A stretch of 63,124 nt of DNA, filler included, from Globobulimina sp. (GCA_003354225.1; 48 parts of 48 records of this genome joined end to end with filler, not necessarily neighbours in it); one strand, 5' to 3'; counted from the first letter of the whole stretch, positions 25,129-36,545 are shown. Program-made: numbers and translations. The notes: generated from the letters alone by a model not told the origin.

Positions 25129-25785
25129 TCACAAGATTATACATTGTGGTTTATTTTCTTCCTCTTCCATCTCATTAAAATCAGTTAAAAAAATGCTATC
25201 TCCTTTATACGATGTACGCATTCCAACCACCAAATAATATGTTTTTTCCAACCGTAAATTCCGAAAAGCAATTCCTTGATCACTCCCACTTACTGAATAT
25301 CCCATCTCTTGTTTTTCAAAATCAACTCTCATTTCAATTACATCACCGACACCCCATTTAATTCCATATTCTTCATATTTACCTAAATGCCATTTATTAC
25401 CACTAAATCCATCATATCCATAATCTATCTCATTCCAATCAACATTGACATTCCTGTTTGATTGAATACCAATATACATTGAAACAATCCTTTCCTTACA
25501 TGTCAACTTCCATTTATATTTATATTTGCTGCCTGCCTCAATTCCTATACTTCCAAATGCATTGCCATAATCATTCCAACCACCATCACCTTTGCTTGTA
25601 ACAGTTTTCCCATTCTTTGAGATTGTAATTGTTTTATGAGCAATTTTGAATGTGTCTACAATATTTTCATAATAGTCGCCATAATAATTATAACAAATTT
25701 GAACAATGGATATTGGAATGATTTTCTGTTTGATTGTTTTTTGAACTTTTCGTATGTAGCCATTAACAATTAAAACCTCCATCAC
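25129..25785 (-). CDS. SPRY-domain protein with C-terminal CaaX (CIIL)
   Basis: KYKWKL, MYIGI, YGYDG, YGIKWGVGDVIEMRVDF, DQGIAF, YYLVVGM. Confidence 0.85.
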   Translation of the reverse strand: MMEVLIVNGYIRKVQKTIKQKIIPISIVQICYNYYGDYYENIVDTFKIAHKTITISKNGKTVTSKGDGGWNDYGNAFGSIGIEAGSKYKYKWKLTCKERIVSMYIGIQSNRNVNVDWNEIDYGYDGFSGNKWHLGKYEEYGIKWGVGDVIEMRVDFEKQEMGYSVSGSDQGIAFRNLRLEKTYYLVVGMRTSYKGDSIFLTDFNEMEEEENKPQCIIL

Positions 25786-25978
25786 TTAAGTTAGCTTACT
25801 TCAGTGTGTGATTAACGATATATTCCCTTAGATAACGAATTGGTCTCTCCTGGTCCCAGGGATACAGAATATACACGAATTGGTCTCTCCAGGTTGGTAC
25901 AGATTTTGGCAAAAAGTACAACAGGTTCTTTCCCTATCACGAAAAGTTTGGTATCCTAGCCCCCAGTGAAAAAAGTTT

Positions 25979-26031
25979 GGACCGGCTATTTGCACTGCTT
26001 TCTACGCCGGGGATGGACCGGCTATTTGCAC
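25979..26031. repeat. Dispersed repeat GGACCGGCTATTTGCAC (two copies here, one at 50232-50256)
   Basis: CCGGGGATGGACCGGCTATTTGCAC is identical (25 bp) in two unrelated contigs. Confidence 0.85.
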
Positions 26032-26129
26032 GGGCAGTTTGATGAGGCAGATGAGCATGCGTGTCATAGCAGAGGCTCGTGTTTATTTAATTAAATAATA
26101 ATCCATATCCATATAATCCATAACCATGC

Positions 26130-26210
26130 CATCACCGTAGGATTCGAACCTACATCCATTTGGTTTGCTTTCCATTCAAACCAATGCTCTGCCAATTGAG
26201 CTAGGTGTCC
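26130..26210 (-). ncRNA. tRNA-like element 1 (possible tRNA-Phe(GAA) with a mini-intron, or pseudo-tRNA)
   Basis: TA-GCTC-AATTGGCA-GAGC D-arm; TTGGT/ACCAA stem around a 15-nt loop starting TT-GAA; GTAGG-TTCGAAT-CCTAC T-arm; acceptor stem only partly paired. Confidence 0.7.
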
Positions 26211-26531
26211 ATTTTTCTTATTTGTAGCATTTTCCATTTTTGAAAAAGTAAATCTGGANNNNNNNNNNNNNNNNNNNNNNNNNNNNNNNNNNNNNNNNNN
26301 NNTTAATTAATTAANNNNNNNNNNNNNNNNNNNNNNNNNNNNNNNNNNNNNNNNNNNNATGTTTTTGGTGATGGCTCTTCTTTAATTTCTCGATCTTTAC
26401 CTTTTTTTGACTTTGATGCTTTATTTACGAAATCTTTGTTGTAAAATGAAGCAACGTCTTGCTTGTTACCCATGATTATTGAATAGAATAATCCAGGCAC
26501 AGTGCCACTGCAGTCACAACTATTGAGCTAA

Positions 26532-27575
26532 ATGAATGGCAGCACACCTTTCACAGCACTTGCAATTCTTTCACATATCATTGCAACCCTTTTCAGCATC
26601 TCATTATTGCTGATCATTAGCAACAACACATATTGTCTCCCAATCGAGTACAGACCAAAGATTGCAAATAATAAAATTCTTTTATATAGTTATGGCGCAC
26701 TGATTGCTTTTGGTTTATCCGATGTTGCAAATGTTCTTCGCTTATCAGATATTGGTGCATTAAATCACAATGAAATTGCATATTATGTTTTGTACGAAAG
26801 TTGTCTATATTTATGGCGTCTGGGACAGATTTGTGTTTATATGCTATTCATTATGAGAATGAAATATTCGTTTTCTGCAACAAAATACCAATCACCAACA
26901 TGGCATTTTATATTATTGTATTCAATGATGTTTATTTTTTTTTTGCTTCAAATTGCACTTTCAATTGAAAAGTATATATTTTTTGATGCATTTGGTATTG
27001 TTTCATCTTCGTTTAATTCTATTTTTGAAGAATCTAACATTTGGTGCACAGAGGTTGTTGATTTGATGATTTCTATAAGTTTATTATATTTATTTTACAG
27101 TAAATTAATCAGATTAAATATTGATATCGTTGGTTCTATGACTTCTATCAAATACGGACAATCAGCAACAAATACTCCAGATTCTGGATTTTTACTGTTA
27201 AGCAAACAAGAATCAATAATTAGTATAATGAGTAAACAAACCATTCTTTCCAGCGTTGTTATTATTGTGTCGCAATTATTTTGCATATTAATTGGTGTTG
27301 GATATGTATTCTGTCCTGGAAACAATTCCGATGTTAACTTGAGAAATCAAACAAAATGTATGAAATATTGGCGTGATGGCTGGAGGTGTTACTGGGCGCT
27401 TGTTTCTATAATCAATAATTTGTGTGTTTTTCTATCATTTGATTTTTTAGCATCTTCTTATTATAAATTATGTGGACTATGCGACCATTGGTGCAGATCT
27501 TGTATGGAACGTACGTTTAACAAACAAAATCAACCATTTATTGGTTATGATATTCAAAACATTGAAAGCAAACAA
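26532..27575 (+). CDS. Seven-transmembrane (GPCR-like) protein, 3'-partial
   Basis: About seven hydrophobic helices and a Cys-rich juxtamembrane tail (YYKLCGLCDHWC). Confidence 0.7.
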
Positions 27576-27675
27576 NNNNNNNNNNNNNNNNNNNNNNNNN
27601 NNNNNNNNNNNNNNNNNNNTTAATTAATTAANNNNNNNNNNNNNNNNNNNNNNNNNNNNNNNNNNNNNNNNNNNN

Positions 27676-28892
27676 CATGTTATCGTCGGTATAAATGGAG
27701 AGGAATGTATGAGCGGAGCAGTTATAGATACACCAAAATCTGGCAATGCAACATTCGATATGGGAAATTCCATTAAAGGCCTTGCTGGAATGACAGTTAA
27801 TGCCGGCTCGAATGCACAAAATATTATTATTACTGCGGAATCCACCAATATCGCTGGTGACGATTGTAAGGGAATGCAAGTTACGCAACAACACTGCTCA
27901 AATTTTATAGAATCGTTTCCGTGCAAATAATTGTTTCTGTCTGCAAACAGATCTATACATCAACAGCAGAATACGTTCAAATCTCCCTCGGAAGTGGCAT
28001 TAAATGGGAAAATGGTATTTTACAATGTCCAGCAATTACAGACCGATACAACGCAGCCAAAAACATCACACCGTGCATGCTCTACGCATCCAATGCGATA
28101 TTAATGAATACGCACATAATCGCCAATTACGGAATACCTACAAATGTCTGGATCTCCCCCGGAGTGATATATATAGGCATTAACACACTTACATGCGATG
28201 GAGCTACGAGCATAGCTCCATTTGATATGAACAGTGAGTGTTGGTTCACATCAGATCGACAGTCAACATTCTATCCATTTCCTACCATCCAATTGACAGG
28301 TCTCTACATACAACATCGTCAGATTTTTGACTGCGACTACCAAAAAAAACACATTTTTGTTTTGTTACAGCAAACGCAGCAGATACCACAATATCAGGCA
28401 CAGATTCATTCGATCAGCAAACCAGTACAAGATCCATAGCATCCTCCCCTTATCAAGATTTTTTCAGTTCATATATAATCGAAACTACAACATTAGTTAT
28501 TTTTGCTGTGTTGCTGTTGTTGTGTTGTTGCTGCAGTGTTTTATTATGTTATTGTATCCGTCGCGCACACCGTGCTCGCAAACTACATAACCAACTATTT
28601 GGAAAAGCAAATGTAGCGCCAACAGTTACCATCGCTACAAAAAACAAGCCGATTCTCATTGAAATACCATCCAAATCCATGGCCACGCCAAGATCCCCGA
28701 CCATATTGTCCGGCAATAGCAATAACAGCAACAGCGGACATGGGACGTATTTGCCTTCGCCATCATCCAAAAGGTCCAAGTCAAAACCGTCCGTTTTGCC
28801 CGTTTCCAATGTTGCTTCGTATCCTGACACTCAGCTATCAGAATGGCACAAATACCAACAGATGGCGAATAGGCACAATTCATGGCACTTTC
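27676..28892 (+). CDS. Type-I membrane/surface protein fragments in several frames (spliced or decayed)
   Basis: Cys-containing extracellular repeats, TM helix (LLCCCCSVLLCYCIRR), Ser/Pro-rich tail; frames not reconciled. Confidence 0.4.
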
Positions 28893-28992
28893 NNNNNNNN
28901 NNNNNNNNNNNNNNNNNNNNNNNNNNNNNNNNNNNNTTAATTAATTAANNNNNNNNNNNNNNNNNNNNNNNNNNNNNNNNNNNNNNNNNNNN

Positions 28993-29332
28993 TTATTGGT
29001 TGCCCTTGAGGTTATCAAAGATGATGAAAGATCCTCAATTTCAGAGCTCCTTTAAATTTGTGATATCATTATTATCGTTTCCTGTCTTCTATATAATTCA
29101 GTCATTAATAATACTTCTAATCTTTGGTGATTTTAAAATCCTCGTTATATATATTTTTAGCCTTCCACTGTCAGCATCAGCTGCATGGTGTTGGCGATGT
29201 AGGTATCTCAAAGTTATGAGTAGTTGGTATTATAAGATCTTAAACTTGAGAAAAAACAATGATTTTATTAAAATGAGAGAACTCTATAATGAAATTATAA
29301 TACGCGGTGATAAGATTGTAGAGGACCAGTAA
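28993..29332 (+). CDS. Bacterial (Bacteroidota-like) membrane acyltransferase C-terminus (chimeric join)
   Basis: KDPQFQSSFKFVISLLSFPVFYIIQ resembles the C-terminal TM region of PlsC-like glycerol acyltransferases. Confidence 0.5.
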
Positions 29333-29595
29333 TCCATAGGGATATAATAATTTACCAATTCCTCCTATTTTTAGATATATCATTACATAAAAGAAATGAG
29401 TTGAAAATAATTTATATGATGCAAATGTTTGGAGATCAACATTGTACACATAAAGATAAACATAATTAACCTATAATTTGTATGCAATATTTGCAAACCT
29501 TATTTATGTAAAAAAAAAACTAGTTTTCTCCTCTTGTTTAATATGAGTCGCTCGTTTTGTTTGTAACGAATAATAATTGATAAACAAAACAAAAA

Positions 29596-30209
29596 TTATA
29601 AATTCAACCATATATTCCGATTTTCCCTTTTATTCACAAAATATTTCAAACAATCAAACAAAAAAAAACAAGACAAAAAATCATTATTATTATACTCTCC
29701 ATTCAACAATGCGATTGTACGCAAACCGCGCAATAATATTTGTTCCTCGGTATCCGAATATAGTGCTTCATCGCCGTCTGCATTCTGGACAATGCTATTC
29801 AGTACATTCCGCACCACCACTTGCTGACAGCCAATGCCATCCAGATACTCTTTGCCATCATTAATCATCGCCAAATTATTTAATATATTCATTACACCCA
29901 ATTCTAAATCTTGTAACAATTCCAAATCGAAATCTTCTTCATCTCCATCTCCATCTCCATGTTGATGCAAATCGGTAATAGCGGCATTCATTAATATTTG
30001 CACCAAACCACATTGCATCAATGGCCCATAATATTCTGGCGACTCTGACAATTCATACACGATATCGATCATTAATGTGGCAATATCTTGAGATTTATCT
30101 TCATATTGACACCATATTTGCAGCAACGTATCAGTTAATAACAAGGCATCAAATGCTTCATCGTCTGCGGCGGCGGCGGCTGACAATAATTTGGATAAAA
30201 TATCATTTA
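29596..30209 (-). CDS. ARM-repeat-like acidic helical protein (partial)
   Basis: LMQCGLVQILMNAA and MNILNNLAM helical repeats. Confidence 0.45.
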
Positions 30210-31814
30210 NNNNNNNNNNNNNNNNNNNNNNNNNNNNNNNNNNNNNNNNNNNNTTAATTAATTAANNNNNNNNNNNNNNNNNNNNNNNNNNNNNNNNNNN
30301 NNNNNNNNNTTTTGTGCATGCCACGTTTAGATAGATAAAAAAATGAAAAATACTTTTCGAACTGACTGTAGGTGTTCGAAAAGTTTTTTTACAAATTCAG
30401 TACATTCGTCTTTGAAGTGTTGCGGAACAAGTGTATACTTGCTCCTCTATGCGGTCCTACTAACCCTTGCAATCTGAGTGACTGCGCCTCCAAGATGGTT
30501 CCGCAAAACATCACATTGCCGATCCGCAAAAAAACCGCCCAACACCACTACCATTTGTTCATCAAGTCATCGCTATTCGTAAATTATATATGTGCCAATT
30601 ATGTTTGATGATAGAACCCCACATTTAAATGCAACAAAACAATCTATAAATGATATATACGTGATAATATGGACTGCATTAATAACTCAATTGTAACAAG
30701 CGACTATGAAGCAATGGCAATGTAAAATGGTGGACATTCGCCTCAAATAGTAAAATGCAAATATTTAAAATAAAAAAGATTCTGTTTTGCAGCTGCATAT
30801 GACATTTTGTTCAAAATGTCCTACGTTAATTCATACTCGCTTAAATTAGAAATAAAAATATTACACAGTGCAGACAGCAAATATACAAATTATTGACTAT
30901 AGTTTTGAACATTAGAAAAGTTAAAATTTGAAAATATTCAAGAAGCAGATAATCTATGGATTTGATGTGCAAAAATATAATGCATTCCATGGAATTTATG
31001 GAATTAGACAGGATACAAAACTAAATAATATTTTTGATTGTAACTTTGAATATAATTCTATTTGATTTGTATTATGAGTTGGATGTGTTTAGGGATAATC
31101 ACATGTATATTTTCTATTTATTATATTAAAATAAACCTGTTCATTTTGCTTTTTATTAACTGTCTGTTTGTTTGTTGCTAAAATAAGGAGATTAAAAAGC
31201 AGTGGATGACGGTGCTGAGTTGGATTACGAATTGCGTTATGCTGCTAAACTGAATCTCCTCTCATCAACACACCAATTGCAACTTCGTAATGAATTTATA
31301 AATGTTGTAAATGAGCTTGAAATGAACAAAGATTATGTTATGCTGACCATGCCCGTATGCAATTGACTAATGCTAAATAACTTTTTTCTAAGTACTAATA
31401 CTTAAATCTTTGAAAAACACTTAGTGAATTGCATGCAAGGAGCGTGGATTAATTAAAAGTACTCATTCCACTCCTCCCTTGACATGAATATAAAATCAAA
31501 AAGTCATTTGAAAAATATCTCTTGCANNNNNNNNNNNNNNNNNNNNNNNNNNNNNNNNNNNNNNNNNNNNTTAATTAATTAANNNNNNNNNNNNNNNNNN
31601 NNNNNNNNNNNNNNNNNNNNNNNNNNCAGTACAGCTAGCGTTACGACAGTGTAATCATAAAACGTTCCCATGTTCATACACAGTGAGGTTTTTTTTACTT
31701 GAAAATTAATGAAAATGATTAATTTGAATAGTAACGTTAAACTATAGCCATAGCGAAAAATGAATAACAAGGAAAATAGACAAATTTACACGAATCGGAG
31801 AGATATTTATGGAA

Positions 31815-32842
31815 TCATTTAAATGCTTTGACAATTTTTTTTTGATTATCATCATATATTCGAATTCCATTCTTGCCGAAATTCTTGGCTTCATACAATC
31901 CCTTATCAGCAAATGACAACCAATCTTGTGCTTTTTTAAAATTACTCCCTGGCGACGGATATCGATCAAGTCCCATACAACACATTCCAACCGATATGTT
32001 TACATCTAAACTATTTATTTCTTTGTTAAATGATTTATAAAACAACTCTTGTTTATGTATCGGTGTTCGTCCGTCTTGCTCGGTAACTATGGCAAATTCA
32101 TCGCCGCCTTGACGGAAACACCAACAACGCTCAATTCCCAACTGTTCCTCTTTGAATTCATCGCCTGTTTTATGTTCGAAATGCCTTAATATGTTACCCA
32201 TTGCTAGTAATTTCTGGTCCGCACCGTCATGGCCTAATTTCTCATTCAATGTCTTAACGTATATCATGTTGCGTATATTGCCAATATAATGTTTGTACAT
32301 AATATCCAGAAACAGACACATATATTCTGTGCCAGCGTGTTTTTAGAATTTAAATATACAGAATTACAGCACCTAAAATAATAAAAACGCGTACGCAGTA
32401 ATTATATATTTGCTGTTTCTGAATATATGTACAAGACAAACATAAAAAATGGTATAACTACCTTAAACCCATCGATATCGAAGACATACAACGAATATCT
32501 AAATTTATTCTTATCCACAGATATCTCATTTAGCAAATGAACCAACGAATTTTTATTCTTTAAACCCGTTAATAAATCTATCGCAATTTGCGGGTTGGCC
32601 TTTAAAGTTCGAATTACTCTCTGTTGGATCTGCCTATTTCTTTCCATGTCTTTCTGCACAGATTCCGGATTATGTGTGGTTCCACACTTTTGACAACATA
32701 AATATTTCGAGAAAGTTTCATCGTAATTATCGATATTAAATACTTTGTCATAATTCATACAAGATTCACATTCATAAACATTTCCTGTGTTGGCGCCACA
32801 TCCATAACATTTGTCATCATACCATTTTTGACCAAAATAGCT
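31815..32842 (-). CDS. ZZ-like zinc finger + GGDEF diguanylate cyclase (5'-partial); exons 32842-32462 and 32252-31815, intron 32253-32461
   Basis: Splicing gives DLLTGLKNK...VFDIDGFK|TLNEKLGHDGAD...FRQGGDEFAIV...ISVG...ADKGLYEAKNFGKN, the full GGDEF consensus. Donor AAG|GTAGTT, acceptor TTAAG|ACA, phase 0. Confidence 0.92.
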
Positions 32843-33451
32843 CNNNNNNNNNNNNNNNNNNNNNNNNNNNNNNNNNNNNNNNNNNNNTTAATTAATTAAN
32901 NNNNNNNNNNNNNNNNNNNNNNNNNNNNNNNNNNNNNNNNNNNTTCGCCTAGTTTTGGAAGGAATCCCGTCATTTAAAAAGCTGCTTAATTTAAACATTG
33001 ATGATAAACCATTTACAAACATATGCAAATGTATGACACGATCATACTACACACTTTCGAATTTTTCATGAACAAAAATACACAATAATAATATAACAGA
33101 ATATTCTGGCAAATTGATGCAACTCATAAGTTAATATCGAAATCCAGATTGATAAATTGGTTGAATCAAAAAAACATGCCATAAAACAAAACAAACGAAA
33201 ATAAAACAACACAAAAAAGACAAAACAAAACAAGCAAATGCAACACAAACCGTTCATTTTATCGTTGGTCAATGTTTGGTTGTAGCTACTTGCAAAATAA
33301 ATTTAAAACACGTAAGACAGAAAAAAGCAAAATAGAATAAGACAGAAAAAACCAACAAAATAAAACACGGAAAAAAATTATCCTTGCACAAACACAAAAA
33401 TTCACATCAACCAAATATAATATATAATACAAACCTGTAGGGCTATCGCCA

Positions 33452-33519
33452 GTGCAACAACAGGATTTGAACCTGTATCCCTGGCGATCGCCAGTGCTCT
33501 ATATTTGAGCTATATGCAC
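33452..33519 (-). ncRNA. tRNA-like element 2 (cloverleaf with a 4-nt anticodon loop)
   Basis: GTGCATA TA GCTC-AAATATA-GAGC A CTGGC-GATC-GCCAG GGAT ACAGG-TTCAAAT-CCTGT TGTTGCAC. Confidence 0.7.
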
Positions 33520-34260
33520 ATAAACAATCACAGAGCGCAAAGATACTGTGTTGCGAGATAAATAAATCCAATTTACAATACTACAAAATAAAGCATAACT
33601 TCCCCCTGTTGGAATAATGCATATTGGATCTCAATTTGCCGTACATTACCATTAAACAACCACTTCATTCATAACAAGCAAAATGCAATGGACATGCATC
33701 ATTCTTGAAGTGTCAGCCATGCTGACATTGTCGTATGGTGATAAAATAAGATGTCGAGATTAAGTTAAAACTTCAAGTCACAAAAAGCTTTTAATTAATC
33801 AGCAAGTTCTACATTTGGTTCCTGTTTTGAAACATTGTTCTATGTTTTGTTCCAAGTTTGGTTTGAATTCAGGTACTATATTCAGTTCTATACTGGTTAT
33901 GAAATTTGTGACAGTTCTGAGCGGGCTACTTACTTTGGATAGTGGCATAAGACACCGCTAAAATGAAGTTGATGCGTTTCATGATGGGACGGCTTCTAAG
34001 CTTTGTTTGTGATTTACTACTCTTGAGTTGCGAGGATGTTAGAAATTGTTGTTTTGAGAAATCCCGAAAATCTCTTTTTAAGTAAACTTGTCATCAATAA
34101 TGCGGTTTGAAGTTTGAACTTCCCGTGAATAACTTGAATATGATCCCTGTGTTATTTATANNNNNNNNNNNNNNNNNNNNNNNNNNNNNNNNNNNNNNNN
34201 NNNNTTAATTAATTAANNNNNNNNNNNNNNNNNNNNNNNNNNNNNNNNNNNNNNNNNNNN

Positions 34261-35477
34261 ATGAGTAAAAATAATAACATTGACGATAAACAAAACGAAT
34301 TGATTAATAAATTAAAACAATTTAATCAGATAAATCCCGACACAGCGCAATTAAATCGAGAATGTAAACAAATTATAAATGAAATCGATCAAATGTATGA
34401 AAATGAAAAAGTAAAGAAAATTAAAAAAGAGATAGAAGCAATAAACACATCCGTCGTAAATAATGATCATAAATATTGGCGAGCAATGAAAGCAAAACAA
34501 AAAGACGATGGAGGCGTAATGATTAAAAATCAACATTATTACAATTCGGCAATCAAAGCACAGCAAATATATGAAGATATAGCTTTGATGTACAGTAAAA
34601 ATAATATATTGGAAGAAAAGTGGGAAAAATATTACTCCGAAGAAGACGAATTAATCCAATACCAAAATCAAGTAAAATATCACAATCAAATAAGATTCCA
34701 TTGGCAAGAAATAATAGAGTTTGTAACAAAATATAAGAAAAAAAAGAAAGTAAACAAATCGAGCGGATTAGATATAATCAATTGGAATATATCCAAATTA
34801 TTAGATGATGATTGTGATATAACTAAGTTATATTTGATATTGAACCACGGAGAAATCCCAAATAAAATGAAATTGTCAAAATTAGTGACATTAAAAAAGA
34901 AAGAATTTACTTATCGATGTATCAGAGCAATTGGAAAAGACAGATCATTAATTGAGGCATTTATCACAGATATTGAGAATAGCGGCAAAGAGATTGTTCA
35001 AGTACAACACTGTGAGAAAGGAACAACAGTTCAATTATTAGCATTTATTTTAACAATTGAAATAAATGTAGAATTATTAAAACCAATTGCAATCGGATTA
35101 GTAGATTTAGACAAAGCATATGATAATGCAATACCAAAAGTCATTCGTTGTCAATTCAAATACCAACAAACAGGAATCGATCAAAGAATCTATAAAATAA
35201 AAAAGAACATTGAAAATAATAATCATTTATTAGTACATGTCAATAAGAAACAAGTCGGTTGTACACAACAAGAATGCGGATTAAGCCAAGGAGGTACAAT
35301 GTCATTGCCCGATTTTTCCAATACAACAAATCCAGCGATAAAAAGCGGTGAACAAAAATTAAAGGGCGCGATAATACCATTAAAACCAAGCGAAAATGTA
35401 ATAAATCCGCAAACATATAATATGTCTCAATTGGAACAACAACAAAATCAACAACAAACGCAAAATGACCAGTGGCA
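34261..35477 (+). mobile_element. Divergent non-LTR retrotransposon reverse transcriptase (partial)
   Basis: IPNKMKLSKLVTLKK, TYRCI (cf. YRPI), LVDLDKAYD (cf. DLxKAFD), GLSQGGTMS (cf. GVxQGxxLSP); strongly A-rich coding strand. Confidence 0.75.
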
Positions 35478-35577
35478 NNNNNNNNNNNNNNNNNNNNNNN
35501 NNNNNNNNNNNNNNNNNNNNNTTAATTAATTAANNNNNNNNNNNNNNNNNNNNNNNNNNNNNNNNNNNNNNNNNNNN

Positions 35578-36545
35578 AAAAAAATATTGCGTTTTTTACA
35601 TCGCATGTATATGACCTCGGTATATCACAAGCCTGTTCCTTTGGTGCGACTGCCCCATTAGTAGGTCATAATGCTATTATCCGAACTGCTACATTAGATG
35701 AATGTGCTGCTGATAATGATGGATTATGGTGGTGCGAGCACATGGTGTCAGAAGATTTCGATTTTTGTTTAAGAGCATTTAATGGTGGCTATATAGGTAG
35801 ATATATTATGTACACTACAACTGATAAATGTTCATTTCAAGAAGGTGTCTCATTAAAACATAATGATGAGGTTATAAGGTTGAGAAAATATGCTTATGGC
35901 ACTTGCGAATTACTAGGTAGTAGTCTGTTTATAAAATTTATAAAAAGTAGTATTCCATTCGATAGCAAGATTGGTATATTAGCATATATAAGTACCTACA
36001 TAATAATGGCTCTTGCAATACCATTAACGATCATAACATCAATCGTCTGGTCAACCTATAATGCTAAGATTTATTTACATACACCAAGTGATATTTTTAT
36101 ACAAGTGTTTTTATTATTTGGCGCTTGTGTACCAATCGGAAGTGCAATTTTTTATTATCGCAGAAATAAGAAAAATAAAAGTATATTTTTTTTTTTATTC
36201 AAGGAACTCAAATGTATGTTAATATTAAATATGTTTTGGTCTGGTATATTATATCCCATAATGACTGCTGTTTTATGTTATATATTTAAAATCAAGATGT
36301 CCTGGGGCTCAACGACAAAGGAGCTTACGAAAGAGATAAAAAGTTTACAAGAAATAAAAATAGTTATATTAAATAATTGGAAAATGTTTGTGGTTCAATC
36401 CGTCATAATACTCGGATTTGTTATTTTCCATAGTGTTTCTGGTATTCACTGGTCAATTCATGACTTTCCAGTTTTATATAGTTGTATTTGTCATATAATA
36501 TCACCATTTTTTTTAAATCATCTTATAATGAGATGTAGTTATTAA
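35578..36545 (+). CDS. GT2 processive glycosyltransferase (Glyco_trans_2_3, fungal-like subfamily), C-terminal half
   Basis: APLVGHNAIIR, VSEDFDFCLR, FQEGVSL, DEVIRLRKYAYG.CEL, WGSTTKE followed by TM helices. Confidence 0.8.

Noticed and set aside
30310-31526. ORF 30372-30608 and the rest of this contig
   Set aside because: No recognisable motif or structure; treated as non-coding or uninterpretable.
31815-32842. GGDEF gene as one more bacterial contaminant
   Set aside because: A phase-0 GT-AG intron splits a conserved motif precisely, the N-terminal finger is eukaryote-like, and the domain is complete to its stop codon.
31627-35477. GGDEF gene, tRNA-like element and RT as one linked system (retron- or CBASS-like)
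   Set aside because: They are on three separate contigs that are adjacent only because of length sorting.
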